Part shown: piece after piece, positions 9,352 through 17,014 of the stretch
Position numbering within the stretch: the first letter of the stretch is position 1
Layout of the letters: every line of letters starts with the position of its first letter
Assembly: GCA_902547825.1 (NCBI GenBank)
Contig: CACCPE010000005.1
Location: 2,555-66,554, forward strand
Direction of reading: 5' to 3'
DNA length: 64,000 nt
From: an uncultured Pelagibacteraceae bacterium
GTDB lineage: Bacteria > Pseudomonadota > Alphaproteobacteria > Pelagibacterales > Pelagibacteraceae
Made by a program: the position numbers and the translations under genes
Notes under the pieces: generated by a model
The model's database searches: none
Seen by the model: the letters and a program-made list of their open reading frames with translations, nothing else
What the model was told of the DNA's origin: nothing

Positions 9352-10426
9352 TAAGGTCTTTTAATTTTTTAATCTCACCAATTTTGAATATAATTGCTTC
9401 GTCTTTTTTATAGCCGAACTTTTCAGCATTTTCTTTAAATCTCACGGGAGGTTCCCAGATCGGCTCTAAACTTAATATTGCTGTTCCCCAATGCATTCCT
9501 ATAACTTTTTTTACCTCTAAGTCTCTCATTAAAGATAAAAGCTCTTCAGGATTTGCGTGAGCTGTAGATTTATCCTTGACTGGAACCAGTGGATAAAAAT
9601 TATAAGCGCCCAAATTTCCAAAACCCAAATCGATAGGACCAAATTTTTTTCCTAATTCCTTGTAAAATGGAGCTGGTCCAGTATCACAAGCAAAAAAGAT
9701 TTTTTTATCTTTGTATTCAATTAAAAAGCTCCCCCAAAGTGATCTATTAGTATTTCCATCTCCCCATATCCATCGTTTGGACCAATGTTGACTTGGAAGC
9801 ATTGTTACTGTGATTTCATCATTAATTTTAATTTTATCATACCAATCCATTTCTTTAACAGTATCTTTTCTATATCCATTTTTTGTGAAATATTTCCCAA
9901 GCTTAAGAGGTACAAGAACTTTAGTATTCTTATAAGGAAAGTTTTTTATCGTACGAATACTCATGTGATCATAATGATTGTGTGTCAGCAAAAATAAATC
10001 TATTTTCGGAAGTTCTTTTAGAGTTAAAGGAGATTCTATGTATTTCTTGGGCCCAAATACCATAGGCCCATAATTCTTTTCGAAAACTGGATCAGTAATA
10101 ATTGTTGTGTTTCCAAGTTTAATTATAAAGCTCGCGTGATCAAGCCACATCACATATGAGTCGGATTTATGTTTTTCAAGATTTTTTAAAACTATTTTTT
10201 TATCAATTACATGTTCAGGTGGATAATCAATCTTAAGTTTCTTTTTTTCTTCCCTAAAAACTTTCCAATCCCATTTAAAATTAGGATCCCTTTTAGGACC
10301 TCCCTCAAGGTTTCTAAAAGCATATAATTTTCCGTCTTTATAAACATGATGATAAGGTTTTTTTTCCATAGCATTTAAATTAATACTTAATGAAAATAAT
10401 ATACACAGAATAAGGGGTATTCGCAT
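9344..10426 (-). CDS. MBL-fold metallohydrolase, RomA/NAPE-PLD-like (start uncertain; ATG 10426 gives a signal peptide)
   Basis: ITDPVF, THNHYDH (HxHxDH), QHWSKR, GMHWGT; MRIPLILCILFSLSINLNA signal-like N-terminus. Confidence 0.85.
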   Translation of the reverse strand: MRIPLILCILFSLSINLNAMEKKPYHHVYKDGKLYAFRNLEGGPKRDPNFKWDWKVFREEKKKLKIDYPPEHVIDKKIVLKNLEKHKSDSYVMWLDHASFIIKLGNTTIITDPVFEKNYGPMVFGPKKYIESPLTLKELPKIDLFLLTHNHYDHMSIRTIKNFPYKNTKVLVPLKLGKYFTKNGYRKDTVKEMDWYDKIKINDEITVTMLPSQHWSKRWIWGDGNTNRSLWGSFLIEYKDKKIFFACDTGPAPFYKELGKKFGPIDLGFGNLGAYNFYPLVPVKDKSTAHANPEELLSLMRDLEVKKVIGMHWGTAILSLEPIWEPPVRFKENAEKFGYKKDEAIIFKIGEIKKLKDLIN

Positions 10427-10436
10427 ACCCCTTATT
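10409..10436 (-). terminator. 12-bp hairpin with GNRA loop downstream of the small lipoprotein gene, overlapping the MBL gene start
   Basis: Minus strand AATAAGGGGTAT-GCGA-ATACCCCTTATT. Confidence 0.6.
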
Positions 10437-10464
10437 AGCACAGACAATTAAATTTAAAAGGAAA

Positions 10465-10668
10465 TTAAATATCCGAACAATTAGATTTATTTATTCTCTT
10501 ATCAAATGATTTAAGCGCTTCTTTTGAAATGACCCAAACATACGAGCTTTCTTTTAAACCATTTTCATCGGCGGCTGTACATCTTTTGCCAAATTTTACT
10601 TTGGCCATGTTGCTTCCAGCACAATTAGTCAACATAAGCAACAACATAAAAGTAGATAATATTTTCAT
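10465..10668 (-). CDS. Small hypothetical lipoprotein (67 aa)
   Basis: Signal peptide with LTNC lipobox-like site; two further Cys. Confidence 0.7.
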   Translation of the reverse strand: MKILSTFMLLLMLTNCAGSNMAKVKFGKRCTAADENGLKESSYVWVISKEALKSFDKRINKSNCSDI

Positions 10669-10776
10669 GATTAAAATTTAAAGTTAGAGTCTGTGCTTTG
10701 CTTGGCATAATTTGGACCAAAAAAAGAAATTGAAACTTTATTGAATAAGATAAAATTTAGCCTTATGATTGAAATT

Positions 10777-11169
10777 ATGTCTAAAAGCCACATTTATGAA
10801 TTGAAAGTTTATGTTGAAGACGTTGACTTTGGTCGAGTATTTTACTCTAGATATCTTCAGTATATCGAGAGAGCTAGAACGGAGCTAATACACGAAAAAT
10901 TTGGTCTAACTTTAACTCAACTTATGAACGAGCACGACATAATGTTTGTCGTTAGGAAATGCAACATTAAATATCTGAAATCAGCAGTTTTTGAAGATAA
11001 TCTAAGTGTCGAAACAGCTGTTTTAAAAAAAACTAACGTAAGACTAAACTTGCTTCAAGAGGTTAAAAGAGGTGGGGAAGTTCTTGTTAGTGCAGAAGTG
11101 GAACTAGCAGTGGTAGATCGAAGTGGGTCAATAAAAAAACTTTCTAGAGATTTTTTTGCAAAAATTTAA
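10777..11169 (+). CDS. ybgC: YbgC/FadM-family acyl-CoA thioesterase (start probably ATG 10777)
   Basis: VYVEDVD...YLQYIERARTE and FVVRKCNIKYLKSA hot-dog fold motifs. Confidence 0.8.
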   Translation: MSKSHIYELKVYVEDVDFGRVFYSRYLQYIERARTELIHEKFGLTLTQLMNEHDIMFVVRKCNIKYLKSAVFEDNLSVETAVLKKTNVRLNLLQEVKRGGEVLVSAEVELAVVDRSGSIKKLSRDFFAKI

Positions 11170-11281
11170 ATTTGGATAAGAAACGCCTAATATCTGCCCT
11201 AATTTATGTTATAAATTATATTCAACTCAAGTTTGCAAATTCAGCAATACTCATAGAGTTAAAAATAAGTTAAAAGGAGTT

Positions 11282-11404
11282 ATGAGAATTAAACAAGCAA
11301 AAAAAAACAAGTTTAAGACTAACGTTGATAAGAAATTCAAAAAAATCTCTCTATTCGAACTTCAAAATAGTCCAAAATTTCTAAATTTTAGAGTTCGAGC
11401 ATAA
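11282..11404 (+). CDS. Unannotated 40-aa basic microprotein (MRIKQAKKNKFKTNVDKKFKKISLFELQNSPKFLNFRVRA)
   Basis: AAGGAG SD, ATG 11282, TAA 11402-11404, terminator hairpin downstream; below the ORF-track cutoff. Confidence 0.6.
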   Translation: MRIKQAKKNKFKTNVDKKFKKISLFELQNSPKFLNFRVRA

Positions 11405-11423
11405 TCTTTCCTCCTAAATAAAT

Positions 11424-11456
11424 CAGTGGCTTAATCTAATTAGGCCATTGTTTTTA
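11424..11456 (+). terminator. Rho-independent terminator after the 40-aa ORF
   Basis: CAGTGGCTTAAT-cta-ATTAGGCCATTG followed by TTTTT. Confidence 0.7.
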
Positions 11457-11480
11457 TAGCAATAATTGTTAAATTAATCT

Positions 11481-11966
11481 GTGAAGCGTAATAAACTGAA
11501 TAATAAAGTAGCAATTATTATGGGATCTCAATCGGATCATTCTATAATGAAAGAATGCGCGAAAATTTTAAAGACTCTCAAAATTAAATATCAAATTTCA
11601 ATAGTAAGTGCGCACAGAACACCAAAAAGAATGTTTGAATTTGCAGAGTCAGCCTCAAAAAACGGTTTTGGTGTTATTGTGGCTGGAGCAGGAGGTTCAG
11701 CACATTTGCCTGGCATGGTGGCATCTTTATCTTCCTTGCCAGTTATTGGAGTTCCAATAGAAACAAAAAAACTTAAAGGTTTAGATAGCTTACTATCAAT
11801 AGTGCAAATGCCACGTGGCTGTCCCGTAGCTACAATGGCAATTAATGGATCTATGAATGCAGGGTTACTTGCTGCCTCGATTATTGGAAATTTTGATGAA
11901 AAAATTAAATCAAATTTAGAAAAGTGGAAACGTTTACAAACAAAATCCGTTAAAAAAAAACCGTAA
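11481..11966 (+). CDS. purE: N5-carboxyaminoimidazole ribonucleotide mutase
   Basis: IMGSQSD, SAHRTP, AGAGGSAHLPGMVA, SIVQMPRG. Confidence 0.97.
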   Translation: MKRNKLNNKVAIIMGSQSDHSIMKECAKILKTLKIKYQISIVSAHRTPKRMFEFAESASKNGFGVIVAGAGGSAHLPGMVASLSSLPVIGVPIETKKLKGLDSLLSIVQMPRGCPVATMAINGSMNAGLLAASIIGNFDEKIKSNLEKWKRLQTKSVKKKP

Positions 11967-11970
11967 TTTA

Positions 11971-13014
11971 ATGACAATAAGCACCCTAGGAATCATTGGT
12001 TCAGGTCAACTTGGATCATTACTTTGCCAAGCAGCAAAAAAACTTAATATTAAAACTGTAGTAATATCAGATGATGAAAATGGACCTGCACAAAATTATT
12101 CGGATGAATTTATCTACTCACAATATGACAATAAAGAAAAGATAAAAGGGTTTGTTAGCAAAGTCGATATTATCACTTATGAGTTTGAAAATATTCCAAT
12201 AATTATTTTAAATGAGATCGATAAAGAAAAAAAAGTCTTACCTAAACCTGAAATAAATAGAATAATTCAAAACAGAAAATTAGAAAAAACTTTCGTCAAT
12301 GATTTAGGTATTAAAACTACAGACTGGGCCTTTATCAAACAGGCTGGAGATGTCGAAAAAAATAAAAACTTATTACCCGGAATTTTAAAATCAAATACAC
12401 TTGGTTATGATGGACATGGACAATATGTTTTAAATTCTCTTGATGATGTAAAAAAAAATTGGTGTTTTACTGCTGATTATATTTTAGAAAAAAAGGTAAA
12501 TTTAAAAAAAGAGATATCAGTTGTAATAACAAGATATTTAAATGGTGAAACTTATATTTATGAGCCTATAGAAAATATTCATAAAGACCAAATTTTAAAT
12601 CACTCAAAAATCCCTGCAGATATAAATAAAGAAATTTTTGTTAAAGCACAAAGTAATGCAAAACTTATTTCAGAAAAATTAGATTATGTTGGCACGATGT
12701 GTGTCGAATATTTCATCGATCAAGAGGATAATTTGTTAGTCAATGAAATTGCTCCAAGAGTCCATAATTCAGGTCACCTAACAATAAATGCCTTTTCCAT
12801 AAGTCAATTTTCTGGACATGTTGCAGCTGTGTGTAATCTTGGTGTAAAAAAAGTTGAAAAAATTTCTAACGCTGAAATGTTTAATGTCTTGGGAAAAGAT
12901 ATCGAGACTTATAGGTCCAAAACATTTAGTAAAAATGAATTTTTTTATGATTACCGGAAAAAATCAATTAAAGATAATAGAAAAATGGGACACCTTACGG
13001 TTTTAAAAAAATAA
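11971..13014 (+). CDS. purK: N5-CAIR synthase (ATP-grasp)
   Basis: GSGQLG, TYEFEN, GYDGHGQ, NEIAPRVHNSGH, RKMGH; follows purE. Confidence 0.96.
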   Translation: MTISTLGIIGSGQLGSLLCQAAKKLNIKTVVISDDENGPAQNYSDEFIYSQYDNKEKIKGFVSKVDIITYEFENIPIIILNEIDKEKKVLPKPEINRIIQNRKLEKTFVNDLGIKTTDWAFIKQAGDVEKNKNLLPGILKSNTLGYDGHGQYVLNSLDDVKKNWCFTADYILEKKVNLKKEISVVITRYLNGETYIYEPIENIHKDQILNHSKIPADINKEIFVKAQSNAKLISEKLDYVGTMCVEYFIDQEDNLLVNEIAPRVHNSGHLTINAFSISQFSGHVAAVCNLGVKKVEKISNAEMFNVLGKDIETYRSKTFSKNEFFYDYRKKSIKDNRKMGHLTVLKK

Positions 13015-13824
13015 TTATTTAATTGTTATTCTATGCATAACTCTTCTGCAGTTCTTAATTTCACTAGCCATATGCAGAATACTTAAATTATCCCAAAGAC
13101 AGATATCACCTTTTGTCCACTCATATGAAAATATAAAATCTTCTTTGTTGACGTGATCTACTAAATAATTTTTTAAATATTCAGCTTCGTCTTCCTTTAC
13201 ATTTTTAATCTTCATTAAATGTCCAGGAGATACATAAAGAGTTTTCTTTCCATCTACAGTAATAACTATTGGATGTTCAGCTTCCATACTTTCTGAAGAT
13301 TTTATTCCCATTTCTTTTTCTCGTTCAAGTCTGGTTATTGCTATCGGACCTGCCGATGAAAAAACTCCAGTAGCGTTTTTAATTTTTTCTTTAATGTCGT
13401 CTGGTAATTTATCGTAAGCATTAAAGCCAGATGAGAATATTGTATTACCTTGGCCAACTGGTATTTCTATACCCATTAACATTGTATATCTAGGTCTATC
13501 ATTAGTTAAATAACTTGTATCCTGATGAAGCCAGCTAGAGCCGAAACTTAAATTTTTATCATCAGGCTTTCTCTCGATTACATTTATAAATGGAAATTTT
13601 TCATCTAAACCTTTAAGTCTTGGATACACTACGGGCTGACCTATATTCTTTGCAAAATTTTGATAGGTTTCAGGATCAAGATTTTGTTCTTTTATAAATA
13701 TAACTCCATACTTGTTTAAAATCTTTTTTATTTCAGTTGCCTGTTCTTGATCTAGGGATTTTAAATTAATGTCGTTGATGTAAGCTCCAACATTATTTTT
13801 TCCTGGTGAGATAGATAAATTCAT
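13015..13824 (-). CDS. TauD/TfdA-family Fe(II)/2-oxoglutarate dioxygenase
   Basis: HQD (HxD), GNTIF, WDN..LH and terminal R motifs. Confidence 0.88.
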   Translation of the reverse strand: MNLSISPGKNNVGAYINDINLKSLDQEQATEIKKILNKYGVIFIKEQNLDPETYQNFAKNIGQPVVYPRLKGLDEKFPFINVIERKPDDKNLSFGSSWLHQDTSYLTNDRPRYTMLMGIEIPVGQGNTIFSSGFNAYDKLPDDIKEKIKNATGVFSSAGPIAITRLEREKEMGIKSSESMEAEHPIVITVDGKKTLYVSPGHLMKIKNVKEDEAEYLKNYLVDHVNKEDFIFSYEWTKGDICLWDNLSILHMASEIKNCRRVMHRITIK

Positions 13825-14451
13825 TTAGTTCAAAGGTTTAATTAAAGTAGGATCATTATTTACTGGATTATTAACATCTTTTGATATTTCATGAAACTTT
13901 AAATTGGGTGGTTTAATAGAGTTTAATATTTCCATAGCATCTTTTTTAATGTTCAAATAATTATTAATCTGGCTTTGATTTATAATCATTGGCTCTCTGT
14001 GATGGATGGTACTAATTTTTTCAGTAGCTTCTCTTGTAATTATACAAAACTGGTCATTCTGATATATCCCGGCAAAATACATCAATTCATCATCCTCTTT
14101 TGAAAAATAATAGGGAGTTTTTGTTTTATCTTCCCTTTTCCATTCATAATACCCATCAGCTGGAATAATACATCTTGATGTCTGGATAAGATTCTTAAAG
14201 GTAACCTTTTCCATAAGGGTTTCTTTTCTTGCATTAATAAGGGGAGAAAACTTATCTAATTTTTTAGACCAACTCGGAACTAATCCCCACTCATAGAGCT
14301 CAAGAGCCTTACCATTTGAATAGGATTTTATTATAGGTAACTTTTGAGTCGGGTGGGCATTATAATTATCTGTATCCTCAACCTTAATGTTTGTTTTTAC
14401 CAAATCAGCGGTTTTAGTAACTGGTTTCCGAATGCTATATCTTCCACACAT
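13825..14451 (-). CDS. SOS response-associated peptidase (SRAP/YedK, abasic-site crosslinking family)
   Basis: MCGRY N-terminus (Cys2), WGLVPSW, INARKET, GYYEW, IHHREP. Confidence 0.92.
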   Translation of the reverse strand: MCGRYSIRKPVTKTADLVKTNIKVEDTDNYNAHPTQKLPIIKSYSNGKALELYEWGLVPSWSKKLDKFSPLINARKETLMEKVTFKNLIQTSRCIIPADGYYEWKREDKTKTPYYFSKEDDELMYFAGIYQNDQFCIITREATEKISTIHHREPMIINQSQINNYLNIKKDAMEILNSIKPPNLKFHEISKDVNNPVNNDPTLIKPLN

Positions 14452-14561
14452 TATTTATTTTTTCTCTCTCTTTTAAGCTTTCTCTTTTCTTTTAAAGATA
14501 ACTTTGCTTTTTTCATAAAGTTTCTATCTTTTTGACTTTTACCTGAATATCTTTTTGACAT
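14451..14561 (-). CDS. Unannotated 36-aa basic microprotein (MSKRYSGKSQKDRNFMKKAKLSLKEKRKLKRERKNK)
   Basis: Exactly fills the gap between FAH and SRAP genes; TAATG stop-start overlap with SRAP. Confidence 0.75.
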   Translation of the reverse strand: MSKRYSGKSQKDRNFMKKAKLSLKEKRKLKRERKNK

Positions 14562-14563
14562 AC

Positions 14564-15400
14564 TTATTCATCTATTATTTCATGGAATTGCTCGCCTAGT
14601 CCATCTACTTTTAAGTGAAGTTTGTCACCTGGCTTTAGAAATTCAGGTTTTTCCATTTCCATTGCCGTACCAGCAGGTGTCCCGGTAGTGATAATTGTCC
14701 CAGGATACAAAGTCATAAATTGACTTAAATGAGAAATTAAAAAATTGAAATTAAAAATCATTCTTTCTGTATTTCCAGTTTGTCTTCTGTTGCCATTTAC
14801 ATCTAAGGCTAAATTAATATTATTTAAGTTTTTTATTTCTTCTTTGGTCACAAGGTAGGGCCCTGTTGGTCCTGCTATAGATTTACCTTTGATCCATTGA
14901 CCACCTCTTTCTTTTTGCCAAGACCTTTCAGATATGTCATTAACGATACAATAGCCAAATACATAATCTTGAGCATTTTCTTCTTTAATATATTTGCCTT
15001 CTCGACCAATAATCATTCCAACTTCAACTTCGTAATCCATTTTATTAGCAGATTTAGGTTTTATTATTTGATCATTAGGACCCTGAATACATCCAGAACT
15101 TTTATTAAAAACAATTGGTTCAGTTGGTAATTTTGATTTGGTGCCTTCTGCATGTGCTTTATAGTTCAAACCTATTGCTAAAAAATCTATGGGATTTGAG
15201 ATGCAAGCGCCAATTCTAATGTTTGAGTTAATTTCCTTTAGTTCAGATAATTTTATTCTTTTTAATTTATTTAATGTTTCTTCATTAATTGTGTGTGGAT
15301 TTAAATCTTTAATATGATCTGATAAATCCCTAATGACATTATTACCATCTAAGGCAGCAACAATTTCACTTCCTAATTCACCGACTTTTAATAATTTCAT
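14564..15400 (-). CDS. Fumarylacetoacetate hydrolase family protein
   Basis: IGLNY, DYEVE, NDISERSWQ, WIKGKS, TGTPAG. Confidence 0.92.
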   Translation of the reverse strand: MKLLKVGELGSEIVAALDGNNVIRDLSDHIKDLNPHTINEETLNKLKRIKLSELKEINSNIRIGACISNPIDFLAIGLNYKAHAEGTKSKLPTEPIVFNKSSGCIQGPNDQIIKPKSANKMDYEVEVGMIIGREGKYIKEENAQDYVFGYCIVNDISERSWQKERGGQWIKGKSIAGPTGPYLVTKEEIKNLNNINLALDVNGNRRQTGNTERMIFNFNFLISHLSQFMTLYPGTIITTGTPAGTAMEMEKPEFLKPGDKLHLKVDGLGEQFHEIIDE

Positions 15401-15424
15401 TGATTAATATTATTCTTGGAAACG

Positions 15425-15871
15425 CTATTTTACAAATCTTTTGATTCTTTCTTCAGTAGTCGTTTCAGGACCAGAGTATGGGGTTTCGTAACTATTAGTC
15501 CTTGTTAGAACATCAATACCCTTAGTAAAAATAAAGATAAAAAATACAATAAAAAAAACTACAAATATTTTTGCAGGATTATAATTCCCAGATTGAAAAA
15601 CACTGACTGGTTGTTCTTGTTTTTTGTGAAAAAATTTAAATGTTAAGTAAACTGCTATGATTAATCCAATATGCGCCATAACTACTCCAGCCCAACCAAA
15701 AATAAAAGAGGTTACGCTAAATACATAAAGGCTAAACACAGTGGACCAAACAAAAGACAAAACAATTAAAATTTGAAGCCTCACAGACTTTGGTAAGCTT
15801 CTTAAGTCATTTTTACTATCATCAAACATGATGTTAGCAGCTTCAGTCATCCAATTTTTAAAACTTTCCAT
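15425..15871 (-). CDS. Hypothetical membrane protein (3 TM)
   Basis: Three hydrophobic segments; co-oriented with neighbours. Confidence 0.7.
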   Translation of the reverse strand: MESFKNWMTEAANIMFDDSKNDLRSLPKSVRLQILIVLSFVWSTVFSLYVFSVTSFIFGWAGVVMAHIGLIIAVYLTFKFFHKKQEQPVSVFQSGNYNPAKIFVVFFIVFFIFIFTKGIDVLTRTNSYETPYSGPETTTEERIKRFVK

Positions 15872-15909
15872 AACTGCCTTATATACTTTTTAAATTGAAA
15901 TTTAAATTA

Positions 15910-16488
15910 TTATAAATTTCGCACTAGTTTTCTTACTTTTTCCATATGTGAATTAAATTTTTCTTGTGTCATACCTGGTAAAACCTCATAAAATCTTATG
16001 TAGGTTGTCTCCATTCCACCAAGCTTTAAAACTCCTGCTTTAATTCTTCTAAATGGAATATTTTGAAACCAGGTTTGAATTGAAAACCAATTTCCGCCGT
16101 AAGACATTGACATTATAGCCTTTCTATCTTTCATCGCACCTGCAACAGGGTAACCCCAATTGCCAACAAGTCTTTTAAAAGAGAAAAACCATTTAGGAGC
16201 TAAAGTTAAATCAATCCAATTTTCTAAAATTGCAGTTGCTCTCAGATTATAACAAGGTGAAATCATAAATAATACATCACTTGCTTCTAGTCTTTTTCTA
16301 TAATCTAAAATTTGATCGTTAGGTCCAGAACCGTCAAAAAAAGGAATTGGTTTTTCCTCATGTAAATTTATTAAATCAACTTGATGACCTAACTTTTTTG
16401 CTTCTTCGATAAAGGTATCTCTTATAGAAGCGTTAAATGATTTTTTTATATCGTGATGACCGTAAACAATAAAAATTTTTTTAGACAT
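15910..16488 (-). CDS. NAD(P)H-dependent oxidoreductase, flavodoxin-like fold (MdaB/KefF-like)
   Basis: YGHH...SFN N-terminus, SPCYN, ILENWID. Confidence 0.82.
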   Translation of the reverse strand: MSKKIFIVYGHHDIKKSFNASIRDTFIEEAKKLGHQVDLINLHEEKPIPFFDGSGPNDQILDYRKRLEASDVLFMISPCYNLRATAILENWIDLTLAPKWFFSFKRLVGNWGYPVAGAMKDRKAIMSMSYGGNWFSIQTWFQNIPFRRIKAGVLKLGGMETTYIRFYEVLPGMTQEKFNSHMEKVRKLVRNL

Positions 16489-16490
16489 CT

Positions 16491-16646
16491 TTATTTGTCT
16501 ATATCATTTTTTTCATTTTTTCGTATTAGAAATCCTGAACCTATCCCCACTGCAATGGCTGATATAACCCAGGAATATTCTTGTTCGCTGAAAAGAACTA
16601 ATAGACCAAAACCTATAATGATTACTCCTAAAAGCTTATTATCCAT
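16491..16646 (-). CDS. Unannotated 51-aa two-TM membrane microprotein (MDNKLLGVIIIGFGLLVLFSEQEYSWVISAIAVGIGSGFLIRKNEKNDIDK)
   Basis: ATG 16646 to TAA 16491-16493, 2 nt before the oxidoreductase start; two hydrophobic helices. Confidence 0.7.
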   Translation of the reverse strand: MDNKLLGVIIIGFGLLVLFSEQEYSWVISAIAVGIGSGFLIRKNEKNDIDK

Positions 16647-16673
16647 TGACAAATATAAACCTTATATTAAAGT
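16646..16673 (+). promoter_or_regulatory. Sigma70-type promoter for the structured leader and 63-aa gene
   Basis: TTGACA-N16-TAAAGT, predicting a start site near 16680. Confidence 0.6.
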
Positions 16674-16679
16674 TTACTT

Positions 16680-16767
16680 ATCCATCTGTCATGGAAAAAA
16701 AGACGAGGCATTCGACATGCCTGACCTATAAAGGGTTGCAAAGTCGGTAGAAATGAAAGGAGTTGCT
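16680..16767 (+). ncRNA. Candidate cis-regulatory RNA with two tandem H-type pseudoknots
   Basis: TCCAT/ATGGA stem with loop TGTC pairing GACG after an A-run; AGGCAT/ATGCCT stem with loop TCGAC pairing GTCGG; GC-enriched in an AT-rich genome. Confidence 0.65.
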
Positions 16768-16959
16768 ATGAATAGATTTAGCAAACTGTATGGAAATTCT
16801 GCCGTTAAAAAAGCTGAGCAGAAACTCTCAATGCAGTTAAGTAAAAACCAAAAGGCCCCCGAGGCTAATGCCAATGGAACGACTGGTTATTTGGTAAAAA
16901 ACGGAAAAAATTCCGGAAAAATTTTGAAGCATTTAAAAACTGATAAAAATCAGCTTTAA
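16768..16959 (+). CDS. Small basic hypothetical protein (63 aa, start ATG 16768)
   Basis: AAGGAG SD before ATG 16768; terminator downstream. Confidence 0.75.
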   Translation: MNRFSKLYGNSAVKKAEQKLSMQLSKNQKAPEANANGTTGYLVKNGKNSGKILKHLKTDKNQL

Positions 16960-16967
16960 ACTTTTAT

Positions 16968-16994
16968 AGGGTGGGGACTTTAAAATCCCCACTC
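16968..16994 (+). terminator. Hairpin terminator after the 63-aa gene
   Basis: GGGTGGGGA...TCCCCACTC stem (one G-U). Confidence 0.65.
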
Positions 16995-17014
16995 AAGCCT
17001 TTAATATCTTCTCA

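Noticed and set aside
16700-16750. Possible SAM-V/SAM-II riboswitch or hammerhead ribozyme
   Set aside because: Lacks the SAM-II/V U-rich loop and 3' UAAA(A) SAM-binding strand, and lacks the hammerhead CUGANGA/GAAA core; kept only as an orphan pseudoknot candidate
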